Source: Candidatus Versatilivorator sp. (GTDB taxonomy: Bacteria > Acidobacteriota > Terriglobia > Versatilivoradales > Versatilivoraceae). Taken from it: a stretch of DNA of 64,000 nucleotides. The notes under the pieces were generated by a model, which made no database searches, was not told the DNA's origin, and was given only the letters and a program-made list of their open reading frames with translations. Shown here in pieces: positions 1 through 10,624 of the stretch (the first letter of the stretch is position 1; every line of letters begins with the position of its first letter). The stretch is taken from NCBI GenBank assembly GCA_965207735.1, contig OZ242296.1:1-64000 (forward strand), written 5' to 3'. Made by a program: the position numbers and the translations under genes.

Positions 1-2
1 AG

Positions 3-1769
<1,767 letters not shown>

Positions 1770-1806
1770 TTTCAGCTTTCAACCCAGGCGGCTCGACAGT
1801 TAACCC

Positions 1807-1840
1807 GAGACCCCGGAGGGCGATCCCTTCGGGGTCTTGT
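1807..1840 (+). terminator. Stem-loop after katG (probable intrinsic terminator)
   Basis: GAGACCCCGGAGGG-CGAT-CCCTTCGGGGTCTT, a 14-bp stem with G:U pairs; short U tract. Confidence 0.6.
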
Positions 1841-2008
1841 CGTATCTGGCCGATTTCCAACGAATTGCGCCCTATCCGACCTGAATGCCGATTCTCCGGT
1901 TCGCGATTTCTACGCCATACCCCGCTTGCAACCGCGGCGATTGCAGGCACGGACCCTGTGATTTCGTCTTCGGTCTGCACTGGCCGTTGCCGACCGGCAA
2001 AGTCTTTT

Positions 2009-2038
2009 TTGACTGCGGACCGGTTTATGGGCTAAATT
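2009..2038 (+). promoter_or_regulatory. Putative sigma70 promoter of TA operon
   Basis: TTGACT-18nt-TAAATT upstream of AGGAGG RBS and ATG at 2060. Confidence 0.45.
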
Positions 2039-2059
2039 TGGGCTGGAAAGGAGGTGGCC

Positions 2060-2335
2060 ATGAAGTTGTCCACGCAGATCAAGCCCATCAGTTACCTCAA
2101 GGCCCACGCCTCGGAGATCGTACGCACGCTCGGCGACCGGGGGGAACCGCTGGTGATCACTCAGAATGGCGAAGCCAAGGTCGTGCTTCAGGACATCGAT
2201 AGCTTCGAGACCACGCAGGAGACGATGGCACTGCTCAAGATTCTCGCGCTGGGGAACCGGCAGATCGAGGCCGGCCAGGTGGAACCCGCGGCGGACGTGA
2301 TCGCGCGGCTCCGGGAGCGGAAACGGGATCGCTGA
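2060..2335 (+). CDS. Phd/YefM family antitoxin
   Basis: IKPISYLKAHASEIV...PLVITQNGEAKVVL; AGGAGG RBS; TGATG overlap with toxin. Confidence 0.9.
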   Translation: MKLSTQIKPISYLKAHASEIVRTLGDRGEPLVITQNGEAKVVLQDIDSFETTQETMALLKILALGNRQIEAGQVEPAADVIARLRERKRDR

Positions 2336-2655
2336 TGTCCTTTCACGTTCAGTTGGCCGATGACGCGGCCCGCGACCTGGAAGAGATCTGCGACTATATC
2401 GACAGACACGATTCTCCGGCCCGAGGGGATTACGTGCTGGAACGGATCGAAAGGGCGTTCCAGGGTCTATCCGAGCATCCTCATCGTGGGAGCCATCCGA
2501 GGGAATTGCTCGACATTGGAATTAGAGAGTACCGGGAGGTCTTCTTCAAACCCTACCGCATCATCTACCGGGTGGTCGAGGATACGGTTTTCGTGCTTGT
2601 CATCACAGATGGGCGGCGTGACATGCAGACGCTGCTGCAACGACGCCTCCTGTAG
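2335..2655 (+). CDS. RelE/ParE family toxin
   Basis: AARDLEEICDYI...YREVFFKPYRIIYRV...DGRRDMQTLLQRRLL. Confidence 0.9.
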   Translation: MSFHVQLADDAARDLEEICDYIDRHDSPARGDYVLERIERAFQGLSEHPHRGSHPRELLDIGIREYREVFFKPYRIIYRVVEDTVFVLVITDGRRDMQTLLQRRLL

Positions 2656-2699
2656 CCTTAGACCTCTTTCGCAACCATCTAACTGGAGGTTTCGAGGCC

Positions 2700-2906
2700 A
2701 TGTCCAAATCGAGTCTGGTCCTGACCAAAGTCGCCACCTTCCTCGCCGGTGCGGGCGCGGGCGCCTGTTTCGTCATCGTCATCTATGGTGCGATCCAGGG
2801 CGAAGCAACGCCGTCTGGGCTTCTTCCCGCCGGAATCGTGCTGGCGGTGGTGGGTGCCGCCCTGCAGTACCGGTTGCACAAGAGCCGAGGAAACTCCGGC
2901 GCCTGA
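2700..2906 (+). CDS. Small two-TM hypothetical protein
   Basis: GGAGG RBS; two hydrophobic segments and a basic tail. Confidence 0.6.
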   Translation: MSKSSLVLTKVATFLAGAGAGACFVIVIYGAIQGEATPSGLLPAGIVLAVVGAALQYRLHKSRGNSGA

Positions 2907-3010
2907 GGCGCATGGGCGGCGCTCCGGTCCGTCCTGGATCAGGCACCGGGTTCTCGCTATCGGGTGCCTCGGTGCTTGCAAAACGCTGTCTCTGATGGCA
3001 TAGTGCGTTC

Positions 3011-3247
3011 ATGGCGGTACAAATCACCATCAGAGGCGTCCCCCGGGGCGTGCGCGACGAACTCGCAGCGCGCGCCGCATTGCAGCGCCAATCCATGCAG
3101 GAATTCCTCCGCTGCGAATTGGAACGGATTGCATCCCGTCCCTCCCTCGACGTGTGGCTGCAAGGCGTTCGCGATCGCAAGCAGGCGGCGGGCACTCGCG
3201 TTCTCCCTTCTCGCATTTTGCGGGCCCGTGACAAGGACCGGACGTGA
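3011..3247 (+). CDS. FitA-like ribbon-helix-helix antitoxin
   Basis: QITIRGVPRGVRDELAARAALQRQSMQEFLR; GTGA overlap with PIN gene. Confidence 0.85.
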   Translation: MAVQITIRGVPRGVRDELAARAALQRQSMQEFLRCELERIASRPSLDVWLQGVRDRKQAAGTRVLPSRILRARDKDRT

Positions 3248-3672
3248 CGGTCGTCATGGATGCGTCCGCGCTGGTCGCGGCCCTTGTTGATTCGGGGCGC
3301 GAAGGGAGTTGGGCGGAGTCTGTAGTCGCCGAGGGTTCTCTAGCCGGTCCGGAACTGGTGTTGGCCGAGGCGAGCAACATCCTGCGTCGGTTGGAACGAG
3401 CCGGCGCAATCTCACGGCTCGAGGCCAACAGCGCATGCAGGGACCTGCTGCGTCTCGAAATGGAACTGTTCCCATTCGCGCCGTTCGCCGACCGGGCGTG
3501 GGCGTTGCGGAGCAATCTCACCATCTACGACGCCTGGTACGTGGCGCTGGCCGAGGCGCTCGATTGTCCGCTGGTGACGCTGGACAGAAAGCTTGGCCAC
3601 TCCAGCGGTCCCGGGTGTGAGATCATCGTTCCGCCCCGTTCCTTCTCCGCATCCTCCAATTGGAGCCGTTGA
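3244..3672 (+). CDS. vapC: VapC/PIN-domain toxin
   Basis: VVMDASALV, EASNILRR, NLTIYDAWYVALAE, LVTLDRKL acidic PIN motifs. Confidence 0.9.
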   Translation: MTVVMDASALVAALVDSGREGSWAESVVAEGSLAGPELVLAEASNILRRLERAGAISRLEANSACRDLLRLEMELFPFAPFADRAWALRSNLTIYDAWYVALAEALDCPLVTLDRKLGHSSGPGCEIIVPPRSFSASSNWSR

Positions 3673-3676
3673 GACC

Positions 3677-3859
3677 ATGTCGAAAGTCAGTCCGCTCTAT
3701 TCGAAAATCGTGAAAGGCATCGCTGTCCTGGGTTTGGTGGCCTCCCTCGCTGTCGTCATCCACAGCCTGGCCACCGGCCAGGGCCTCCAATTGTTGGAAC
3801 TCGCCATCGCGCTCTTGCTCACGGCGTTGCTAACACAGGGTTATTTCCGCAAAAAGTGA
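3677..3859 (+). CDS. Small two-TM hypothetical protein
   Basis: MSKVSPLYSKIVKG...; two hydrophobic helices, FRKK tail; starts 4 nt after vapC stop. Confidence 0.55.
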   Translation: MSKVSPLYSKIVKGIAVLGLVASLAVVIHSLATGQGLQLLELAIALLLTALLTQGYFRKK

Positions 3860-4021
3860 GGCGATTCCGGCGCAGGCAATCCTATATGTCTCGCCGAGGG
3901 GCGATCACGGCGCCGGAATTTCGTCTTCAGCCCGAGCTCGCACCCGGAAAGCGTAGTGGGTAATACTCTCATTGCCGTTTGAGCGGACGGCGTCGGCCAA
4001 TGTTCGGCAGGGAGTCGGGAC

Positions 4022-5212
4022 ATGAGCCCAGACGAAATCGATGTGCTGGTGGTCGGTGGCGGCCCGGCCGGCATGGCCGCGGGAATCTCCTTTGGGCGGG
4101 CGGGCTTGCGAACCCTGGTCTGCGAGAGTGGCTCCGTGCCGGCCGACAAGCCCTGCGGAGAGGGGGTGATGCCGACGGGCCTTGCCTACCTGGAGCGCCT
4201 TGGCGTTTCGCCATATCTGGACCTGGAACACACACGGGCCTTTGCGGGTATCCACTATCGGTCCGACTGCGGGGCGAGCGCATCCGCCCGGTTTGCAGAA
4301 GGGCCGGGCCGGGGCATTCGCCGCACCGAGCTCTCGAGAGCATTCTGTGAACGAGCCCAGGATATCGATGCTCTGGAGGTGCGTCCCCGAACGCCTGTGA
4401 GGCTGGGGTTGCGCGGGTCCTACGGCACCGAAGCCTGGCTTGACGGGCGCAAGGCAACAGCCCGTTTGATCGTCGGCGCCGACGGCTTCCGATCCGAGGT
4501 TCGGCGCTGGGCGGGACTTCAGGGCGTGTGCCCTCGAAGGCGGCGGTTTGCCATCCAGCAGCATTTCCGCTGTGAACCCTGGTCGGAATACGTGGAAGTG
4601 CACTGGGCGGGGGATGCCGAGGCTTATGTGACTCCGTGCGGGCGGAAGGAAGTGGGCGTGGCCGTGCTGTGGACGGCGGAGGAAAAGAAGACAGGAGGCG
4701 GACAACGCTTGATGGCGTCCATGCTTTCCCGTTTCCCTCGGTTGGGCGCATCACTCCAGGGCGCCGAGCCTTCCGCCGGAGCGCGGGCAGTAGGGCCGAT
4801 GCACCAGGTGGCGCGGGCGGCGGTTTCCGACGGGGTCGGGCTGGTGGGCGATGCCTCCGGATACCTGGACGCAATCACCGGGGAAGGCATCAGTCTGGCG
4901 CTGGCACAGGTCCAGGCGCTCTGCGACGCCATCGGGCCCTGGATGATCTCACACGACGGCGTGCCCACGGCGCGGGACCTTCAAGGTTACTCGAGACGCA
5001 TCTCGGGAATGGTTCGCCAGCACCAATGGATCACCCGCCTGGTTCTTTTCCTCAGCCGGAACCCGAGGTTGGCGGAGCGGGCGATCAAGGGTCTTGGCAG
5101 GCAGCCGGAGTTGTTCCGCTGGCTGCTGTCGGCCAATATGGGCGCAGTGTCAGCGGCGTCCTTCCCCAAGCTGGAGGTGATGCGGCTGGCAACGGCCCTG
5201 GTCCGCGGCTGA
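4022..5212 (+). CDS. FAD-dependent oxidoreductase/monooxygenase
   Basis: GGGPAG dinucleotide motif, KPCGEG, GADG, GDASGYLDAITGEGIS. Confidence 0.9.
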   Translation: MSPDEIDVLVVGGGPAGMAAGISFGRAGLRTLVCESGSVPADKPCGEGVMPTGLAYLERLGVSPYLDLEHTRAFAGIHYRSDCGASASARFAEGPGRGIRRTELSRAFCERAQDIDALEVRPRTPVRLGLRGSYGTEAWLDGRKATARLIVGADGFRSEVRRWAGLQGVCPRRRRFAIQQHFRCEPWSEYVEVHWAGDAEAYVTPCGRKEVGVAVLWTAEEKKTGGGQRLMASMLSRFPRLGASLQGAEPSAGARAVGPMHQVARAAVSDGVGLVGDASGYLDAITGEGISLALAQVQALCDAIGPWMISHDGVPTARDLQGYSRRISGMVRQHQWITRLVLFLSRNPRLAERAIKGLGRQPELFRWLLSANMGAVSAASFPKLEVMRLATALVRG

Positions 5213-5291
5213 CTCCCAACATGCCCGGCAAGTTCTCGAAGATAATAAGGGAATCCGAGTTTTCGGGAGCTGGTCAGCCGGCAATCCAGCC

Positions 5292-5987
5292 TCAATAGCC
5301 CTGGTCGTCATCCTTGCCAAACCACCAGCCCAACCCGAAGGTGGCCAACAGTCCCAAACAGCCGGTCCTTCTGCGGGACATGTGGGCCGACGCTTCAATC
5401 GATTCTGCTTCCTCGGCAGCGATCAGCCTATCCTCCCGCTGTTGTATCCATCGATCCAAGTCTGTCAGCGAAGGCGGGGCCCCAAGCTCCAGGTCCAACG
5501 TGATTGGCAGAGGTTTGCCTTTCTCAAGAGCGAGGCCGCGCTTTTCGAGAGCGCCCATTGGATCGTTCAGGCACTCGATAAGATCGTCAAGCCAGCCCTG
5601 AATCTGGAGCAGCGCATCGCGATAGACTGTCTCGAGTAGTCGGCACCCTTCGGAATCGGCAAGGCCGGGAACTGTCCGTCGAACTTCATCATAGTCGTCC
5701 AGGAGGCGTTCAAGACAAATCTCCATCCGGGCGGCGCCTCGCTGCACGGCGTTTTCCGGAGTATCGGCGACCTCAAGCAACTCACCAATTTGGTTGACCT
5801 CATCAACGAAGCGACCGATGTCGGCCTGAATCTGTTCCAAGTGGTTCCCCACAAAGCTGAGAATGTCCGTTTCTTGCTCTGATCGCTTGGGCCTGCGTTC
5901 CATGCGCGCCCGGAACTTGGAGGCGATGGGGCGCACGCATTCGCCCAACGCCAGCGTCTGCCGCGACAAAATCGATCCGGAGTTCAT
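5292..5987 (-). CDS. Hypothetical helical protein with C-terminal hydrophobic anchor
   Basis: 231-aa ORF, acidic helical composition, ends CLGLLATFGLGWWFG. Confidence 0.7.
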   Translation of the reverse strand: MNSGSILSRQTLALGECVRPIASKFRARMERRPKRSEQETDILSFVGNHLEQIQADIGRFVDEVNQIGELLEVADTPENAVQRGAARMEICLERLLDDYDEVRRTVPGLADSEGCRLLETVYRDALLQIQGWLDDLIECLNDPMGALEKRGLALEKGKPLPITLDLELGAPPSLTDLDRWIQQREDRLIAAEEAESIEASAHMSRRRTGCLGLLATFGLGWWFGKDDDQGY

Positions 5988-6230
5988 GTCCCGATTTCCT
6001 CCCGGTCATACTACCATGAGGAGGGTTGCCTCCGACCCATGCGCCACCTGCGGCAAAGGATGCCTGCACAAGCCAGGTATGGCCGAACCCAATCCGTTGG
6101 CTCAGAGATCTGTTTGTCTTGCCGCAACGAGACGCAATGGATTACCGGATAAGCCGTTTGCGTCCGTGTTTGCGTCCGTGTCGCAGACCGGGCGGCGGAA
6201 AAGCACGCCAGGGAAGGGCAGTTCATTAGG

Positions 6231-6773
6231 GTGAGAGAGCGGAAAACAGAACGCAATTCGTCGACTTCGGAAAACCCGACACCCGTGCTGAAACTCTTCG
6301 TCTACGGCACGCTCAAGCGCGGGTGCCGGAACCACCAGGACTTTTGCCGGGGGTATGTGGAGGTTCGGGAGGCTTCGGTTCGGGGGCGCCTCTACGAGGG
6401 CCCCGGGTATCCCATTCTGGAGGCGCCCGAAGAAGACATCCTGGCCCAGGGGACTGACGATCCCGTGGCCGACGCCGCCACGCAGGCGCGACTGTCCAAT
6501 CGAGTAAGGGCCGGGCTTCAGCAGTTCCCGGAAGCCACCACGGGGGAGGGTTGGAACACCGTCTACGGGGAACTGTTCACCTTTGACGACCCCGAAATCC
6601 GCCTTCCTTCCATCGACCGCCTGGAGGGGTTCCACCCCGGCGGCCGCTGCCTCTATCGGCGCGTGCTCGTCTCCGCGTCCGTCGAGGGCGCCCACCAGCC
6701 TGCCTGGGTCTACGTGGTCGAGACTCTCGGCATCAGCCGCCGCCGGATTGCCTCCGGCCGCTGGCCGGAATAA
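6231..6773 (+). CDS. Gamma-glutamylcyclotransferase (AIG2-like) family protein
   Basis: LFVYGTLKRG, VYGELF, DRLEG...YRR motifs; true start may be GTG at 6285. Confidence 0.85.
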   Translation: MRERKTERNSSTSENPTPVLKLFVYGTLKRGCRNHQDFCRGYVEVREASVRGRLYEGPGYPILEAPEEDILAQGTDDPVADAATQARLSNRVRAGLQQFPEATTGEGWNTVYGELFTFDDPEIRLPSIDRLEGFHPGGRCLYRRVLVSASVEGAHQPAWVYVVETLGISRRRIASGRWPE

Positions 6774-6775
6774 TG

Positions 6776-6817
6776 TGCCGCAAGCCCACCGTAACCTCAG
6801 GATGCATTCTGGTTGGA
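6776..6817 (+). repeat. 42-bp direct repeat copy 1 (upstream of antitoxin)
   Basis: 37/42 identical to 7692-7733 by manual alignment. Confidence 0.8.
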
Positions 6818-6871
6818 AGCGGCACGAATTTCGTATTGTATTATCTTCGTGCCAAAAGAACGGAGGTCGTT

Positions 6872-7120
6872 ATGAGGAACCTCACCATCACCTTGCCCGA
6901 CGATTTGGCCCGCTGGCTTCGCATCAAGGCGGCCGAAGACGATCATAGCGTGTCCCAATGGCTGGCCGAGTTGCTGGAACGGATGCGGCGCCAGGAAGAG
7001 CAGTACGAGACTGCCATGAAACGGTATCTGGCGATGAAGCCGCGCAAGCTCGATTGGCCGAACGATCGCCGGCCGACTCGAGAGGAACTGTACGATCGGC
7101 GCGGTCTTCGTTGCCACTAA
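6872..7120 (+). CDS. CopG/RHH-like antitoxin
   Basis: GGAGG RBS; MRNLTITLPDDLARWLRIKAAEDDHSVSQWL...PTREELYDR. Confidence 0.85.
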   Translation: MRNLTITLPDDLARWLRIKAAEDDHSVSQWLAELLERMRRQEEQYETAMKRYLAMKPRKLDWPNDRRPTREELYDRRGLRCH

Positions 7121-7574
7121 CGCCTTCGTCTACCGGCATGACGACTCGGTGCCGGAGAAGCAGTCTCGCGCCGAGCAATGGATCGTTTTCCTTGTCCGAA
7201 GCCGTACTGGTCGCCTGAGCTATCAAGTACTCCAGGAACTCTATGCCACTCTCACACGCCCACGCCTGAGCTTCGACCATTCAGAAGCACGCAGGATCGT
7301 GCAGTTGTTGTCGGTATGGCAGCCGCTCCAAATCGACACTGGTATCCTGGAGCGGGCATGGCAGGCGCAGGAGCGCCATGCCATCTCCTGGTGGGATGCA
7401 CTCATCGTCGCCGCTGCACAGGCTGGCCAATGCTCGATTCTACTGACCGAGGACTTGCAGCCTGGCCAGGTGTTCGACGGTGTCCGGGTAGTCGACCCGT
7501 TCGCGTGGCCCGACAAAAAACCACAAGAGATCGTGGAGGCGCACGGCATGGCGGCACGCGATGGTGACGCCTGA
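7092..7574 (+). pseudogene. PIN-domain toxin, probably inactivated (ACG start, first catalytic D->A)
   Basis: In-frame upstream extension reads (T)IGAVFVATNAFVYRHD where PIN proteins have FVDTN; rest has QVLQELY, SWWDALIVAAA, LLTEDLQ. Confidence 0.7.
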
Positions 7575-7691
7575 AGGGACGGTACAGTCGAATGAGCTGA
7601 GAATCTCCGGTCACTGCGGGCAGTTCTGTTCTCCCGAGAACCTCGTCATCGGCCGCCGTCGGATTCCGTCCGGCCGATGGCTGGAGTAGCC

Positions 7692-7733
7692 TGCCGCAAG
7701 CCCGCCTTCACCACAGGATGCATTCTTGTTGGA
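7692..7733 (+). repeat. 42-bp direct repeat copy 2 (upstream of antitoxin)
   Basis: TGCCGCAAGCCC...AGGATGCATTCT.GTTGGA shared with 6776-6817. Confidence 0.8.
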
Positions 7734-7782
7734 TTCAGCAGCGTCCTTTGAGATTTCGATGCATTGATGCTTCGGAGCAGCC

Positions 7783-7977
7783 ATGCGGATTACAGTGACT
7801 ATCGACAGCGACGTACTGGCGGTTGCGCGAGCGCTGGCGGAGCGTAACGGAACCAGCCTCGGCCGGGCCCTGTCGGAGTTGGCGCGGCGTGGTTTCAGGA
7901 GTATTCACACCGCCCTTGAATACGGGAACTACACCCCTCTCGGCGACCGCTTCGGAGTTCCTGACGGTTCATGTTAG
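7783..7977 (+). CDS. Orphan VapB-like antitoxin (possibly truncated)
   Basis: MRITVTIDSDVLAVARALAERNGTSLGRALSELARRG; no toxin ORF follows. Confidence 0.65.
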   Translation: MRITVTIDSDVLAVARALAERNGTSLGRALSELARRGFRSIHTALEYGNYTPLGDRFGVPDGSC

Positions 7978-8025
7978 AATCGAATTCCCCCGTTTCGAGG
8001 TCCCGTTAGGAAAGAGGAATGCCAA

Positions 8026-8523
8026 ATGACAGTGATCGATCAACTTCTGGAAAACAATACCCGCTACGCCGACGGTTTTGGCAAGGGTGACCTGCCGTTG
8101 CCCCCGGCGCGCAACCTGGCGGTGGTGGCCTGCATGGACGCCCGCCTGGACGTGCACAAGATCCTGGGCCTGAGCGAGGGGGACGCCCACGTGATTCGCA
8201 ATGCGGGCGGTGTGGTCAGTGACGACGCCATCCGCTCCCTGGTGATTTCCCAGCGCCTGCTGGGCACTACGGCCATCGTGCTGATTCACCATACGGATTG
8301 CGGCATGCTGACCTTCCGGGACGACGACGTCAAGGACGCCATCGAGGCCGATACCGGCCTGCGACCGGCCTTTTCCATGGAGGCCTTTGGAAACCTGGAG
8401 CAGGATGTCCGCCAGTCCATCTCCCGTATTCAGGCCAATCCCTTCATTCCCAACAAGGACCAGGTGCGAGGCTTCGTCTACGACTGCGCTACCGGCCGGC
8501 TGAACGAGGTTTCTCGCGGCTGA
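8026..8523 (+). CDS. Beta-class carbonic anhydrase
   Basis: Zn ligands CMDAR and HHTDCG; IRNAGG. Confidence 0.95.
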   Translation: MTVIDQLLENNTRYADGFGKGDLPLPPARNLAVVACMDARLDVHKILGLSEGDAHVIRNAGGVVSDDAIRSLVISQRLLGTTAIVLIHHTDCGMLTFRDDDVKDAIEADTGLRPAFSMEAFGNLEQDVRQSISRIQANPFIPNKDQVRGFVYDCATGRLNEVSRG

Positions 8524-8657
8524 GCTCTAGTAGATTTCCTGAAGCCGAAGTCCTCCTGGTTAGCCGTTCCCCCGACCTGCCGCGCGGATCATTAGGAGGA
8601 AAAACGCCCAACTCGGCTGGTTTCAGACAATTGAGACCCTGGGTGAGAACCGGCAGA

Positions 8658-10172
8658 CTATAGCGGCCAGCCGGTGGGAACCCGAACCACCAGGGTTCGG
8701 GCGATCTTGTCGTGCCAGGCCTGCCGCTGCGGGTCCCAGAGGATCCAGAGCCAACCCAGTCCCGCGGCTGCCGCCGACAGGATGCTGGCCAGCCCCCGCA
8801 CCAGCGAATCGGTGAAGGCAAGAGGTTTCCCATCCATCCGCACCACCCGCAGCCGGCAGATGATGCCGCCCACGGTGGTCCCCTTCCAGCTCCAGAGCGC
8901 CACGCGATAGACCAGCAACAGGAGGAAGGATCTGCCCGGGTGTACATGGGCGAATGGCAGGGTAATCACGGTCACCAGCAAGAAGTCGAGCAACAGGGCT
9001 CCCAGGCGGTGGAGAAAGGTCGCCCGCGGAAAGGATGAGAGGGTCCCGCCGGCCGCGGGGGACGCCGCCGGCGCCGCTTCTGCGCCGGAGGGCTCCGCAG
9101 CCCCGCCGTCGGGGCTGTCGCTTCCTGACTCGGCAGTCGGCGGCGGTGGTGTCGGAGCGGGGGAGGGGGGATTCTCCCGCCTCAAGCCGGCAACCAGCGC
9201 GGTGGCGGCCGCTCCCAGGCCCAGAAGGCTTACCAGGGCCCAGGCGGTGAGGCCGGCGACTGGAACCATGCCGACCAGGATGATAGCCGCTAGGCCGATT
9301 CCTGCCGACCGGGCCGCCTGCAGACGGTCGTGGGGCGCCTCCTCGGGCAGAACCCGGCTTCCGATCCAGCGAGCCGCGGCCACGTTGCCGATGAGGCCGG
9401 CGATCACAAGAGCGAACCACAGGAAGGGCACCAGCGCCAGTCCGATCACCGATACCGTCAGAATGAACGACGCCGGCGCGATCAGAAGTAGAATCAGAAA
9501 CCCCGTCAGCCCCGTGGTCAGGGGCTTCCGGCCGAGTGTGTCGGTACAGGCCCGCACCGGCCCGTCGAACACCAGGTTGATGAGCAGGCACAAGAGCACG
9601 AAAACGGCCAGGACGGCCCACATCCAGGGGAGTTCGGGCACGATGGGACGTCCCCAGAGCAACCCTCGAGTGAACCAGGGAGCGGCGCTTGCCAACTGGT
9701 CCCCCAACGCAAAAGCGCCGACCGAGACCTGATCTCCTCCCGGGGCGAACCCGGGAGGCACCTGCAATCCACTGCCCACGGCCACCAGGTCTCCGCCAAC
9801 CGCGGCTCCGGGCTGGACGTCGCCTGTTCCGGCTACTACTACAACATTCCCGCCGACGCGGGCAGTGCCGACAAGCGTCGCCGCGCCGGCAACCACTACC
9901 AGGTCCTGCTCTATTTCACCCTCAATCCGAGCGGTGCCCGCGATGACGACTGCGCTCTCGACCCGCTTGCCGGCAGGGAGGGTGTAGCCTCGTCCGATCT
10001 GAACGACTTCACCGCCGACGTCGATGATATCCAGGTCGATGACCAAATCGACATCAACCTCAGCGGGTGGATCGGGCGTAGAAGGCGCTGTGGCTTCTTG
10101 AACCGCTCCGCCGCTGGCGGCCAGCCCCAGTGTGACTCCCAATACTGCCAATATGTGCCAATTCGTCTTCAT
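8658..10172 (-). CDS. Membrane protein with N-terminal beta-repeat region and C-terminal RDD domain
   Basis: Signal peptide, Gly/Val-rich repeats, multiple TMs, RLGALLLD...QAWHDKIARTLVV; ATGA overlap with upstream gene. Confidence 0.85.
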   Translation of the reverse strand: MKTNWHILAVLGVTLGLAASGGAVQEATAPSTPDPPAEVDVDLVIDLDIIDVGGEVVQIGRGYTLPAGKRVESAVVIAGTARIEGEIEQDLVVVAGAATLVGTARVGGNVVVVAGTGDVQPGAAVGGDLVAVGSGLQVPPGFAPGGDQVSVGAFALGDQLASAAPWFTRGLLWGRPIVPELPWMWAVLAVFVLLCLLINLVFDGPVRACTDTLGRKPLTTGLTGFLILLLIAPASFILTVSVIGLALVPFLWFALVIAGLIGNVAAARWIGSRVLPEEAPHDRLQAARSAGIGLAAIILVGMVPVAGLTAWALVSLLGLGAAATALVAGLRRENPPSPAPTPPPPTAESGSDSPDGGAAEPSGAEAAPAASPAAGGTLSSFPRATFLHRLGALLLDFLLVTVITLPFAHVHPGRSFLLLLVYRVALWSWKGTTVGGIICRLRVVRMDGKPLAFTDSLVRGLASILSAAAAGLGWLWILWDPQRQAWHDKIARTLVVRVPTGWPL

Positions 10173-10624
10173 TGTTGGACGCTCCCTTCCCAGAGCATGT
10201 TTCTGAGTGCCTCCCAAAGCAGTGCCAAAAACACCCACATACCACCGACCCACAGAACCAGGTAAGCGGCAATGGGTTCCAGCAATACCCGCCACAGGAC
10301 CCGGGACTCATGCACCATCGCCCCGGCGCCGCCGGCCGCTTCCTCGGCGGTTGCCAGCAACAGCCCCCAGGTGCTGCCGACCCCGCCGTCCGAAGCCCAG
10401 TCGACAAACAGCCCTCCCATCAGAATCAGGGCCGCCGATGCAGCCAGCCGAACCGCCTGCCGCTGCCAGACCTCACCGGTCCAGGTCCGTTGGCGCCTCG
10501 GGCTCCGCCCGGTCCGGCGCACCTCGGCCATGATTCGGGGCAGCAGCGTCCCGGGGGCCTTCGGAGCCGGCAGTTCCGCCAGCTTTCGCTGAATGAGGGA
10601 TTCCAGATCAGGGAGTTTCATCAC
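10169..10624 (-). CDS. Putative membrane anti-sigma factor
   Basis: Follows ECF sigma; LAELPAPKAPGTLLPRIMAEV then TM segments. Confidence 0.7.
   Translation of the reverse strand: MMKLPDLESLIQRKLAELPAPKAPGTLLPRIMAEVRRTGRSPRRQRTWTGEVWQRQAVRLAASAALILMGGLFVDWASDGGVGSTWGLLLATAEEAAGGAGAMVHESRVLWRVLLEPIAAYLVLWVGGMWVFLALLWEALRNMLWEGSVQQ

Noticed and set aside
6156-6181. 12-bp tandem GTTTGCGTCCGT x2
   Set aside because: Only two copies with no supporting context; may be a chance slippage duplication.
2000-8000. Integron cassette array explanation for the TA patch
   Set aside because: An RYYYAAC (ATCTAAC near 2677) exists, but no paired GTTRRRY/attC hairpins and no integron integrase were found.
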